NCBI GenBank assembly: GCA_044368015.1
Contig: JBIPLF010000001.1
Coordinates: 10,939-74,938, forward strand
Source of the DNA: Rickettsiales bacterium
GTDB taxonomy: Bacteria; Pseudomonadota; Alphaproteobacteria; Rickettsiales; RI-342
Direction: 5' to 3'
Length of the DNA: 64,000 nucleotides
This document shows, piece by piece, positions 11,360-19,503 of the stretch. Position 1 is the first letter of the stretch. The number at the start of each line of letters is the position of its first letter. The translations under genes were made by a program, and so were the position numbers. A model generated the notes under the pieces. That model made no database searches. It was given only the letters and a program-made list of their open reading frames with translations, and was not told the origin of the DNA.

Positions 11360-11752
11360 ATGAAACACATCACCATCATCGTCCCCTATGAGAGCTTTGC
11401 CGTCGCGGATATCGCTACCCTCATGGGCGCGCAGAACATCAATATTCTGGATATTGAAGCCGAACCCTTCGGTGCCAAAGGCCTGATTATCCTTCAGGTA
11501 GACCGCTACGACGACGCCCTCAAAGCCCTGCGCGAAGCCGGGTTCGACGCCGTTCCGGAAGAAGCCATGCTGGTGAAGGTACCCGACGCCCCCGGTGCAC
11601 TGGCCAAAATCGCCTCGCGCTTCAAGGAGCATGGCATCATGATGCGCAGCCTGCGCATCGTTCGGCGCGAGGGCGGCGAGTGCTTCGTTGCCATTCAGGC
11701 CGACCGCACCCCTGAGGCTTTGGAGTTACTCAAAGATGTGTTAGTGTCGTAA
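11360..11752 (+). CDS. ACT-domain protein (two tandem ACT-like halves, 130 aa)
   Basis: It starts 5 nt after the hdc stop and is preceded by GGGAGA. It contains two repeats of a beta-alpha-beta-beta-alpha-beta-like pattern (ITIIVPYESFAVADIATLMG..NINILDIEAE and MLVKVPDAPGALAKIASRFKEHGIMMRSL). Confidence 0.65.
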   Translation: MKHITIIVPYESFAVADIATLMGAQNINILDIEAEPFGAKGLIILQVDRYDDALKALREAGFDAVPEEAMLVKVPDAPGALAKIASRFKEHGIMMRSLRIVRREGGECFVAIQADRTPEALELLKDVLVS

Positions 11753-11826
11753 AAACCATGACCTTTTGTGGTTTTGGGATGCAAAAAGACATTTTTTAAG
11801 GATACCATCCGAGGGCATATGAAAGG

Positions 11827-12588
11827 ATGTCTATGACGCGCTCTCAGAAACCAAAATCCCACATGCAGGGCTTCACCCTTGTCGAACTCTCCATTGTGCT
11901 CGTCATCATCGGCCTGATCCTCGGTGGTGTGATGGTAGGCCGCAGCATGATCCGCAGCAGTCAGGTGAATCGCGTCGCCTCAGACCTGCAATCCTATGAA
12001 GCGGCAATGAATATGTTTGTGGATAAGTATCGTGCCCTCCCCGGAGACATGACCAACGCCACTACCTTTTGGGCGAGTACCATCGTGGCCAATGGCGACG
12101 GCGACGGGCAGTTGGATTTATCAAGTGCAGCGAGCACTGCAGGTGAACGATTTGGCGCGTGGGAACAAATGGCGCTCGGCGGACTGATCAAGGGAACCTA
12201 TAACGGCCTGTCCGGATCCGGAGGGGCTGCGCATGCGGTTCCCGGCACCAACACACCAAAAGGATCTGTCTCCGCAAGCTCCTGCACTTGGTATTATATT
12301 GGAAATCAATCCGGGAACGCAGCGTATTACGATGGGTTTTATGGCAACGCCCTGTTCTGCGGCACCGCCACTACGGCCAGTGAACCAACCGCAGACGCCT
12401 ATACCCCTCAGGAGCTTATGGCGATCGATACCAAAATAGATGATGGTGTTCCTGGAATCGGGTCGGTACGATCTGCCCCCAATGACACCGCCTGTAGCAC
12501 GGGAACCCCTACCACAGGTGCCACCTCTACCTATGTCGCCACTTCCACCGCGATTGCCTGTTATCTGATCTTCATCAGTGGACTCTAG
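11827..12588 (+). CDS. Type IV pilin-like protein, paralog P1 (prepilin N-terminal cleavage/methylation domain)
   Basis: Short basic leader ending in G|[19 protein letters not shown] (class III signal, E at +5). A C-terminal Cys pair (ACSTG...IACYL) resembles a pilin D-region. It aligns end to end with the ORFs at 35858-36751 and 53342-54100. The start could be 11833. Confidence 0.85.
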   Translation: MSMTRSQKPKSHMQGFTLVELSIVLVIIGLILGGVMVGRSMIRSSQVNRVASDLQSYEAAMNMFVDKYRALPGDMTNATTFWASTIVANGDGDGQLDLSSAASTAGERFGAWEQMALGGLIKGTYNGLSGSGGAAHAVPGTNTPKGSVSASSCTWYYIGNQSGNAAYYDGFYGNALFCGTATTASEPTADAYTPQELMAIDTKIDDGVPGIGSVRSAPNDTACSTGTPTTGATSTYVATSTAIACYLIFISGL

Positions 12589-12595
12589 GCCCCTG

Positions 12596-12629
12596 CACTC
12601 CCGGCATTAATCAGCTTGGGAGTGTTTTT
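12596..12629 (+). terminator. Putative Rho-independent terminator after pilin P1
   Basis: CACTCCC, a 15-nt loop, GGGAGTG, then TTTTT, beginning 8 nt after the stop codon. Confidence 0.5.
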
Positions 12630-12678
12630 CTGGCCTCCATCATTGCGTGTGGCATACTGCTCTTGCTAGTATGCCCGC

Positions 12679-15600
12679 GTGGCTACCGGAATCGTGTTTC
12701 TTCTTGCAGGAGTGGCTGCCGCCGCGTGGGCGGCAACCCAGCCGCATGAGCCATTGGAATTTAAGGAGACCTTTCAGGCCCCTCTCTCGCATGTGCGGAT
12801 CGAAACCGAACCCACCGGCCCTGCCGATCGGGTGAGCTTCGCATGGGCGGACCCGGTGCAGTACCGCGTGTCCCGCGTGCATCCGCAAGCGGTGGTGGTG
12901 GAGTTCGACCATAACGCCATTCCACGCCTGCCCCCGATTGCCCGCACCGTCACCCCGCATCTGGAGCTGATGCGCAGCGAGAACGAGCAGGGCCGCCTTA
13001 CCATGGTGATCGGCACCGCTCCGGGAACGGACATCGCCTACCACCATGAAGGCAACACCGTGATGCTGGATGTGTTCCCCGCAAAGGAACGCCAGCAAAT
13101 GGCGGCCTATTGGCCCAAAGGCGACGAGGCCGAACGCACACAGCTTGCGATGGCAGAAGATGCTGGATTCAGGGGTCAGGATTCAGAAAATGGCATAGCA
13201 TTCACAGCCGGAAACAGGCAGATCGCCGCACCCGTGGCACCGGTGATGATCACCACCGTGGCGGAGGAAGTGCCGGAAGGCGCCGTGCAATCTGAAACCG
13301 CCGCAGACGCCATTGCCAAAGCCACCAGCGGCGAACCCTCCGCCCAGCCACCGATGGAAGTGCAGATTGCGCATAGCAGCGAAGCACTATCCCTCACCTT
13401 CCCCTGGCAGGAGAAGGTCAACGCCGCCGTGTTTGAGCGCGCCGGTGCGGTGTGGATGGTGTTTGACCAGCCCGCCAGCATTGCCATGTCGAGTCTGGGA
13501 GCCGTAGGCGGAAGCTGGGGCGTAGAGCAGCTTCCCCACAGCGGCAGCACCGTGCTACGCCTCACCGTGCCGGAAGGCTACCACCCCCACCGCGTCAGCA
13601 AAACCGGCAATGACTGGGTGGTGGAACTGGGCAAAGGCTACCGCCCGCCGGGGCATTCCACACCAGTGGAACGGAAAGCAGGAGATGAGAAGGAAGTCGC
13701 GCATCTGTGGCTTCCCGTCACCGATTACACCAGCCCCATCACCATCACCGACCCGGCAGTGGGCGACCAGATTGACGTGATTCCCCTACCGGAATCCGGG
13801 CAGGGCCTCTTCCCCGCACACCGCTATGTGGATGTGGAGTTGCTCACCAGCCATCAGGGGGTGGTGGTGCACGGACTCAGCGACCGCCTCTCCATGAAAC
13901 TGCGCCATGCAGGGGTGATGCTCACCGCCGAAAAAGGCCTGCAGCTTTCCACCGAAGTGCCGGAACTCACACCGCCTGCGGAGGCCCCTCATACAGACGA
14001 AACCACCGCCGCCCCTGCCGAGAGTGCTCCCACCCCGCCGGGTACCCTCCCCCGCTATCGCTGGCTGGAAAAACCCAGCAAATTTGCCTATGCCTATTGG
14101 CGGGGGGATCTGGCGCCCTCCTTCCTCAAGCAGCGCGAAACCCTGCAAGCGGCACTCGCCACCGAGATTGATGATACCAAGCGCTTTACCCATCGGTTGA
14201 GCCTCATCCGCTTCCTGCTGGCAGAAGGATTATACCGCGAGGCACGGGTGGAGCTTCGCACCGCACAAGCCGACCCGCAGGTCGCCACGCGTATACAGGC
14301 GATCGCCATGTATGAGGCGATCGCGAATGCGGAGGGCGAACGGTATGCCGAAGCCCTCACCGCGCTGGAAAAGGTCGGCATGGCGGAGGATCCGGAAATC
14401 TCCTTGTGGAAACGCGCACTCGCTGCGGCCGCCGGAACCGGCACCGAACCGGTGAAGCTGCTCGATAGCTGGGATGCCTATATCCGGCAATACCCGCCCA
14501 TCTGGCGCGAGATGCTGGGGCGCATCGCCGCCCGTCAGGCGGTGAATCTCGGCGCGGGCGACAGCGCCGAAGCGCTGATTGCCACCCTGCTGCAAGACCC
14601 GGAGATGAGCAGCAATGGCGTCAAGGAACTGACCTATCTGCGCGGCAAAGCCGCCGAACTGCGCGGTGACCGGGAGGCCGCGTTCGCCTATTTCAAACCG
14701 CTGCTGGAAGACTTTACCGAGCGCAAATACCGTGCCCGCGCCCAGCTTGCCTATATCCGCATGCTGCGGGAGGACGGCAAGCTCCCCGACGACAAGGCAC
14801 TGGACATGCTCGACCGCCTACGCAGCGTGTGGCGAGGCGATTTGCACGAGGCCGAGGTGCTACAGGATTACGGCATGATCGCGATCGCGCAAGGCAAACA
14901 TAAGGATGGCTTCAACGCCTGGCGTACCCTCGTCACCACCTTCGGCAAGGAGCCAATCGGCACGGAAACCGCGCAGGCGATGACCAGCAGCTTTATCGAC
15001 CTCTTCAACAAGGGCGGGGCGGATGCACTCTCGCCGCTGGAAGCGCTCAGCCTCTATTACGAATTCCGCGAGCTAACCCCGGTGGGCGAGGAAGGGGACC
15101 TGATGATTGAGAATCTGGCCGACCGCCTCGCCGCAATTGACCTGCTCGACCGCGCCGCCGCCCTGCTCACCCACCAGATCACCTATCGGCTGGAGGGGAT
15201 GCGGAAAGCGCAGGCAGGCGGACGCGTGGCCCTTCTCCACCTGCTCAACGAAAAGCCGGAAGATGCACGCTCCATTCTGCTCAGTACCGACATGCCGGAC
15301 CTCCCCGCCGAACTCGCCGAAACAAGGCGGCATCTGCTGGCGAAATCGCTGCTGGAACTCAACAAATACGACGACGCACTGGCCCTCCTCACCGGCGACA
15401 CCTCCGAAAGCGGCAATCTGCTGCTGGTGGACATCCTCTGGAAAAAAGGCGACTGGAAGGCCATCACCACCCATCTGGAAACATTGCTGGCAGGGAAGGA
15501 ATCCGGGAAGGAACCGCTCACCAAACGCGAGAGCGAGCAGGTATTACGCCTAGGGCTGGCCCATGTGTTCGCAGGGGATAACAACGCGCTTAGCGCCCTC

Positions 15601-15792
15601 AAAACCCGGTTCACCGCCCGCATGAAGGGAAACGAATACGAAAAAGCCTTCGCCTTCATCACCCGCGACGACCCGAATATCGACCATACCAATTTCGATC
15701 AGATCAACGGCGAGATCGGCGCGTTTGAAGGCTTCCTAACCGATTTCAAAACCAAAGTGGAAAAAGGCAAGCTGAGCAAAACGGTGAAGTAG
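12679..15792 (+). CDS. Large membrane-anchored protein with C-terminal TPR-like helical repeats (1037 aa)
   Basis: N-terminal hydrophobic anchor IVFLLAGVAAAAWAA. Two beta-rich modules share similar wording (..V.F.W...V...VF.R...VW.VFD). A long C-terminal half has TPR-like A/L/Y-rich repeats. The exact family was not recognised. Confidence 0.6.
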   Translation: MATGIVFLLAGVAAAAWAATQPHEPLEFKETFQAPLSHVRIETEPTGPADRVSFAWADPVQYRVSRVHPQAVVVEFDHNAIPRLPPIARTVTPHLELMRSENEQGRLTMVIGTAPGTDIAYHHEGNTVMLDVFPAKERQQMAAYWPKGDEAERTQLAMAEDAGFRGQDSENGIAFTAGNRQIAAPVAPVMITTVAEEVPEGAVQSETAADAIAKATSGEPSAQPPMEVQIAHSSEALSLTFPWQEKVNAAVFERAGAVWMVFDQPASIAMSSLGAVGGSWGVEQLPHSGSTVLRLTVPEGYHPHRVSKTGNDWVVELGKGYRPPGHSTPVERKAGDEKEVAHLWLPVTDYTSPITITDPAVGDQIDVIPLPESGQGLFPAHRYVDVELLTSHQGVVVHGLSDRLSMKLRHAGVMLTAEKGLQLSTEVPELTPPAEAPHTDETTAAPAESAPTPPGTLPRYRWLEKPSKFAYAYWRGDLAPSFLKQRETLQAALATEIDDTKRFTHRLSLIRFLLAEGLYREARVELRTAQADPQVATRIQAIAMYEAIANAEGERYAEALTALEKVGMAEDPEISLWKRALAAAAGTGTEPVKLLDSWDAYIRQYPPIWREMLGRIAARQAVNLGAGDSAEALIATLLQDPEMSSNGVKELTYLRGKAAELRGDREAAFAYFKPLLEDFTERKYRARAQLAYIRMLREDGKLPDDKALDMLDRLRSVWRGDLHEAEVLQDYGMIAIAQGKHKDGFNAWRTLVTTFGKEPIGTETAQAMTSSFIDLFNKGGADALSPLEALSLYYEFRELTPVGEEGDLMIENLADRLAAIDLLDRAAALLTHQITYRLEGMRKAQAGGRVALLHLLNEKPEDARSILLSTDMPDLPAELAETRRHLLAKSLLELNKYDDALALLTGDTSESGNLLLVDILWKKGDWKAITTHLETLLAGKESGKEPLTKRESEQVLRLGLAHVFAGDNNALSALKTRFTARMKGNEYEKAFAFITRDDPNIDHTNFDQINGEIGAFEGFLTDFKTKVEKGKLSKTVK

Positions 15793-15798
15793 AGCCTC

Positions 15799-17352
15799 TT
15801 ACCACACACCCAGCATCGCGGGGAGGAAGAACGCGCCAATCCCGGCAAGTGCTGTCAGCGAGAGGGCCAGCAGCATGAGGAAGTGGGCCCCCCTCTCCCT
15901 CTGTAACGCCTTCGGCATATCAGCCGAGGAGGTAAGGGCACCCTCTGAATCCTGAACCCTGAATCCTGAATCCCCCTCCCGCAACACCATCCAGAAGCGT
16001 AAGTAATAACCCGCGCTCATCAGAGAGGTAAAGAGCAACGCCGCCACCAGCACAAGATGCCCCTCCGCCACCAGCGCAGAGAGCATCTGCCATTTGCTCC
16101 AGAACCCATAGGCGGGGGGTAATCCCACCATCGAGAGCATCGCAAGACCAGCCATCGCGGCAAGTAAAGGGTGCTCGTGCGCCATCCCGCGCATCTCCGA
16201 AATCTGAGTGCGGTGCGTCACCGCATACAGATACCCGGCGACGAAAAACAACGTCAGCTTGGCCATGCCATGGGCGAGCATCTGCAAAAAGGCGGCGTGC
16301 AACCCAGCGGCGGTGAAAAGGCTCAGCATCGCCACCATCATTGCCAGTTGCGCGAGGGTGGAATAAGCGAGCATCCGCTTCAGATTCTCCTGCCGCCACG
16401 CCTGAAGGCTCGCCCATACCATGCTGATTCCGGCAAGCATCGGCAGCCACGCCCCGTTCCACCAGAAAGCATCTACCGCCCCCCGCAGCGCGTCCAGCCC
16501 AAACACATAGAGTGTCAGCTTGGCGAGCACGAAAATCCCCGCCTTGACCACCGCGACGGCATGGAGCAAGCCGCTCACCGGCGCAGGCGCGACCATCGCT
16601 GCGGGCAACCAGCGATGCAGCGGCATCAAAGCCAGCTTCGCCGTGCCGAACACACACAGGGCAAACATCCAGCCAATGAAGGCGGTGCTGGTATCCTCAC
16701 GCAACATCCCGCCGGGAGTAAATTCCAGCGTGCCGGTTGCCTGCCACAGCAGCAGCATCGCAGGCAGAAACAGCAGCAGCGAAGGAACCAGCAGACTGCG
16801 TAAATAGACACTCCCCGCTTCCTTCGTGCCATGGGTACGGCTATGCACCACCAGCGGAAAGGTGAGAAGCGTCAACCATTCATAGCCGATAAACAGGGTG
16901 AGGAGATTGGCCGCAAACGCCACCCACAACGCCGCCCCAACCGCCAGCGCCATCAGCGCATGGAACCGGCTGTGATGCTCCTCACGGTTTGCCCGCAGAT
17001 AGCCAATACTATAGAGCACCGTCACGGGCCACAGCGCCGCCACCAGCCCGGCGAACACCAGCCCCAGCGGCTCCAGATGAAAGGCAACGGAGAGTCCATC
17101 GGAAAAGGTAAACCACTCCCAGCGCGGGAAATGCACCGGCGGCATCCACAGTGCCATTTCCGGCGAACGATCCTGATGCAGCGCAGGCAGCAACCGCCAC
17201 ACCAGACAGGCCATCCCCCCCGGCAACAGCAGGGAAAGCGGCACCATCCCCAGATCGCGCAGCAGCGGCAAGCGACGCAGCAGCATCGCCCACAGCGCGA
17301 CCACGAGCGGAATCAACAGCAGCATCGGAATCAAATGCGCGGGGGTCATCAT
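15799..17352 (-). CDS. mnhD: Mrp/Mnh antiporter subunit D-like protein (NuoL/M/N proton-pumping family), second copy
   Basis: 517-aa polytopic protein with the Proton_antipo_M-type core (..GYEWLTL.., PLHRWLPAAMVAPAPVSGLLHAVAVVKAG). It has an ATGA overlap with the upstream paralog. The C-terminal region carries a repeat-derived hydrophilic insert. Confidence 0.8.
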   Translation of the reverse strand: MMTPAHLIPMLLLIPLVVALWAMLLRRLPLLRDLGMVPLSLLLPGGMACLVWRLLPALHQDRSPEMALWMPPVHFPRWEWFTFSDGLSVAFHLEPLGLVFAGLVAALWPVTVLYSIGYLRANREEHHSRFHALMALAVGAALWVAFAANLLTLFIGYEWLTLLTFPLVVHSRTHGTKEAGSVYLRSLLVPSLLLFLPAMLLLWQATGTLEFTPGGMLREDTSTAFIGWMFALCVFGTAKLALMPLHRWLPAAMVAPAPVSGLLHAVAVVKAGIFVLAKLTLYVFGLDALRGAVDAFWWNGAWLPMLAGISMVWASLQAWRQENLKRMLAYSTLAQLAMMVAMLSLFTAAGLHAAFLQMLAHGMAKLTLFFVAGYLYAVTHRTQISEMRGMAHEHPLLAAMAGLAMLSMVGLPPAYGFWSKWQMLSALVAEGHLVLVAALLFTSLMSAGYYLRFWMVLREGDSGFRVQDSEGALTSSADMPKALQRERGAHFLMLLALSLTALAGIGAFFLPAMLGVW

Positions 17353-18992
17353 CGTCCCTCCACCAGCGTTGCGGAGAGGGTGAATAGCCAGTCCTGAATC
17401 TCAGCGCCCCACAGCATCGGCAACCAGGAGAGCAGCAACGCTGCCCCCACACTGGCATAGAGGAAAGGGGAAACAGGAGGCGATTCCCCCTCAACCGGAG
17501 CCATCCACAGCGGTTGCATCCAGCGCAATACCACGCCCAGCGCCAGCAGATTGCCCAGAATCAGCGCCGCAAACAGGGCGTAATGCTCCGCCTCTATAAA
17601 CAGCAGCAGCGTTTGCCATTTGGCGAGGAAAGTCAGGCTGAGCGGCGCACCCAGAAACGCAAGCCACAACCCCACCACCATCCATCCAAACACCGGACGG
17701 GAATGGATACGCCACCCCCTGCCCGCTTCTAAACTCAGGAACAATCCGGTTTTACAAACCCCATCGGCCACCAGCAACAGCACCGCCGCCGCGATGGATG
17801 CCACACTCCCCATCCCCAGCAGCATCAAGGCCATGCCGGAAGTCGCCAGACTCGCCTGCCCCAGCGCACGCGCAGGCGTAGAGGCGCGCATTGCGAGCAC
17901 CCCACACCACAGCAGCGCCAACGCGCCACCCCATTGCATCACCTCCGGCAGGCTGCTTGCCTCCCATTGCTTGCTGCCGATCAGCGTAAACACCAGCCGC
18001 AACAGTAAACACCACACCGCTTTATGCGCGATACCGGAGAGCATCGCTGCGACAGGAGGAGCAGCCGATCCATACGCCCCCGGCACCCACAGCCCCAGCG
18101 GGAACACGCCCGCCTTGACGCATAATCCGAGCAGCATCGCAAGCCAGGCAGCGGTGATCGCGGGTGAACCCGGCAGGCTGTGCAGATGTTGCGCCACCGC
18201 GTCCAGCGTCAGGCTACCGGTGATGGCATAAAGCATCCCCACGCCCAACAGGTAAAACCCTGCCCCTAATGTATTGGAAAGCAGATAGGTAAAAGCGGCC
18301 TTCACCGCCCGCCGGTCCTGCGAGCAGGCTATCAGTGCCGTGCCCGCCAACCCGGCGATTTCCATACAGACAAAGGCATTGAAGAGATCGCCCGTGGCAA
18401 TCACTCCGCTCCACCCGGCGAGGAGGAGCAGGAAGAGGGAGGCTTTAAGGGAGTGGTGAGTGGTAAGTGGTAAGTGGTAAGTGTTGGACGCCCCCTCCCT
18501 ATCCCTCCCCCGCCTTGCGGGAGAGGGGACCGGATGCACCATCGCGTCCTGTATATCCGCGTTGCTTGCAAGGAGAGGCCGCTCCTCCGGTCCCCTCTCC
18601 CGCTTTAGCGGGGGAGGGATAGGGAGGGGGTGTACTGAATCCTGAACCCCGAACCCTGAACCCTGACTCCACGCCACCACCATCCCCATGCACCCAACCA
18701 GCAGCAGAAACACACTGCTAAGCGTGTCGATATGGAAGATGATCCCCATCGGGGCCACCCAGCCGCCAAAGCGATACCCCATCCCGCCATAGGTCCAGAC
18801 CATCGCGGCAAGGCACAGATTCACCACAAACACGAGCGTGGTGATAAGGCTCACCGCCCCCCACACCGCACGGGGTGAGCGCAGCCACAATAGCAGCGGA
18901 GCCAGCAGCAGCGGAATCAGCACCGGCAGCGCGGGCAGTTGCATCAGCGCCGCAGCCAGCCATCCGGTCGGGGTTGATAGAGTATGTTCCAT
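17349..18992 (-). CDS. mnhD: Mrp/Mnh antiporter subunit D-like protein (NuoL/M/N family), first copy, with a ~75-aa repeat-encoded insert
   Basis: 547-aa polytopic protein (DLFNAFVCMEIAGL, VPGAYGSAAPPVAAMLSGIAHKA). Residues ~109-185 are hydrophilic and are encoded by the composite repeat at 18453-18666. Confidence 0.8.
   Translation of the reverse strand: MEHTLSTPTGWLAAALMQLPALPVLIPLLLAPLLLWLRSPRAVWGAVSLITTLVFVVNLCLAAMVWTYGGMGYRFGGWVAPMGIIFHIDTLSSVFLLLVGCMGMVVAWSQGSGFGVQDSVHPLPIPPPLKRERGPEERPLLASNADIQDAMVHPVPSPARRGRDREGASNTYHLPLTTHHSLKASLFLLLLAGWSGVIATGDLFNAFVCMEIAGLAGTALIACSQDRRAVKAAFTYLLSNTLGAGFYLLGVGMLYAITGSLTLDAVAQHLHSLPGSPAITAAWLAMLLGLCVKAGVFPLGLWVPGAYGSAAPPVAAMLSGIAHKAVWCLLLRLVFTLIGSKQWEASSLPEVMQWGGALALLWCGVLAMRASTPARALGQASLATSGMALMLLGMGSVASIAAAVLLLVADGVCKTGLFLSLEAGRGWRIHSRPVFGWMVVGLWLAFLGAPLSLTFLAKWQTLLLFIEAEHYALFAALILGNLLALGVVLRWMQPLWMAPVEGESPPVSPFLYASVGAALLLSWLPMLWGAEIQDWLFTLSATLVEGR
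18453..18666. repeat. Composite repeat: (GTGGTRA)x4 + GC-rich inverted repeat (CCCTCCCTATCCCTCCCCCGC...GCGGGGGAGGGATAGGGAGGG) + (TGAAYCC)x4
   Basis: Read directly from the sequence. Related modules lie at 13164-13187, 15886-15985, 36598-36726, 39023-39144, 48818-48929 and 50989-51024. Confidence 0.85.
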
Positions 18993-19155
18993 TTATTCCA
19001 GCACGTCGTCCTGTATCAGATTTATGAATGCACGTAACAAACACACGATAGCGTTTTCGCTTTTCGTTTACGCTAGGAGCATGAGGCGACGTGTAGTTAA
19101 CCTACACGAGACGACACGCGACGAAGCGTAGGCGGAAATGGGAAATGCTATATGC

Positions 19156-19503
19156 TCAGGCGTCATCCGCATCATCCCATTGCTCGCTGTTCAAATGCCC
19201 ATAGCCCTTTTGCAACCGCAGCAGCAGCGCCAGCCCCAACCCCAGCGTCGCCGCGCCGACCACAATCGCGGTGAGCATCAACACCTGCGGCAGCGGATTG
19301 GCATAGAGGGTTTGGCTATAGGGCTCCAGAATCGGCGGCCTGCCGCCAATCACCTTCCCGGTGAGGAGAAAAAACACAATGATGCTGGTTTGAAACATCC
19401 CCAAACCCAGCAGTTTTTTAAGCGCATACGGGTGCAGCGCCATCAGCACCCAGCCAAGGGTCGCCAGTATCGCCACCGCCAGATAGGGAAGCTGGAACAT
19501 CAT
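19156..19503 (-). CDS. mnhC: Mrp/Mnh antiporter subunit C (NuoK-like)
   Basis: MMFQLPYLAVAILATLGWVLMAL...GLGMFQTSIIVFFLL.....NPLPQVLMLTAIVVGAATLGLGLALL. The start has an ATGA overlap with the mnhB stop at 19500. Confidence 0.82.
   Translation of the reverse strand: MMFQLPYLAVAILATLGWVLMALHPYALKKLLGLGMFQTSIIVFFLLTGKVIGGRPPILEPYSQTLYANPLPQVLMLTAIVVGAATLGLGLALLLRLQKGYGHLNSEQWDDADDA

Noticed and set aside
11751-11776. A hairpin after the ACT gene as a terminator.
   Set aside because: The stem is A/T-rich (AAACCAT/GTGGTTT) with a wobble pair and no clear U-tract, so it is too weak to call.
18453-18666. The heptamer and palindrome tracts as a CRISPR array.
   Set aside because: The repeat unit is 7 nt and tandem, with no unique spacers of 25-40 nt. 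No cas genes are present, and the tracts lie inside ORFs.
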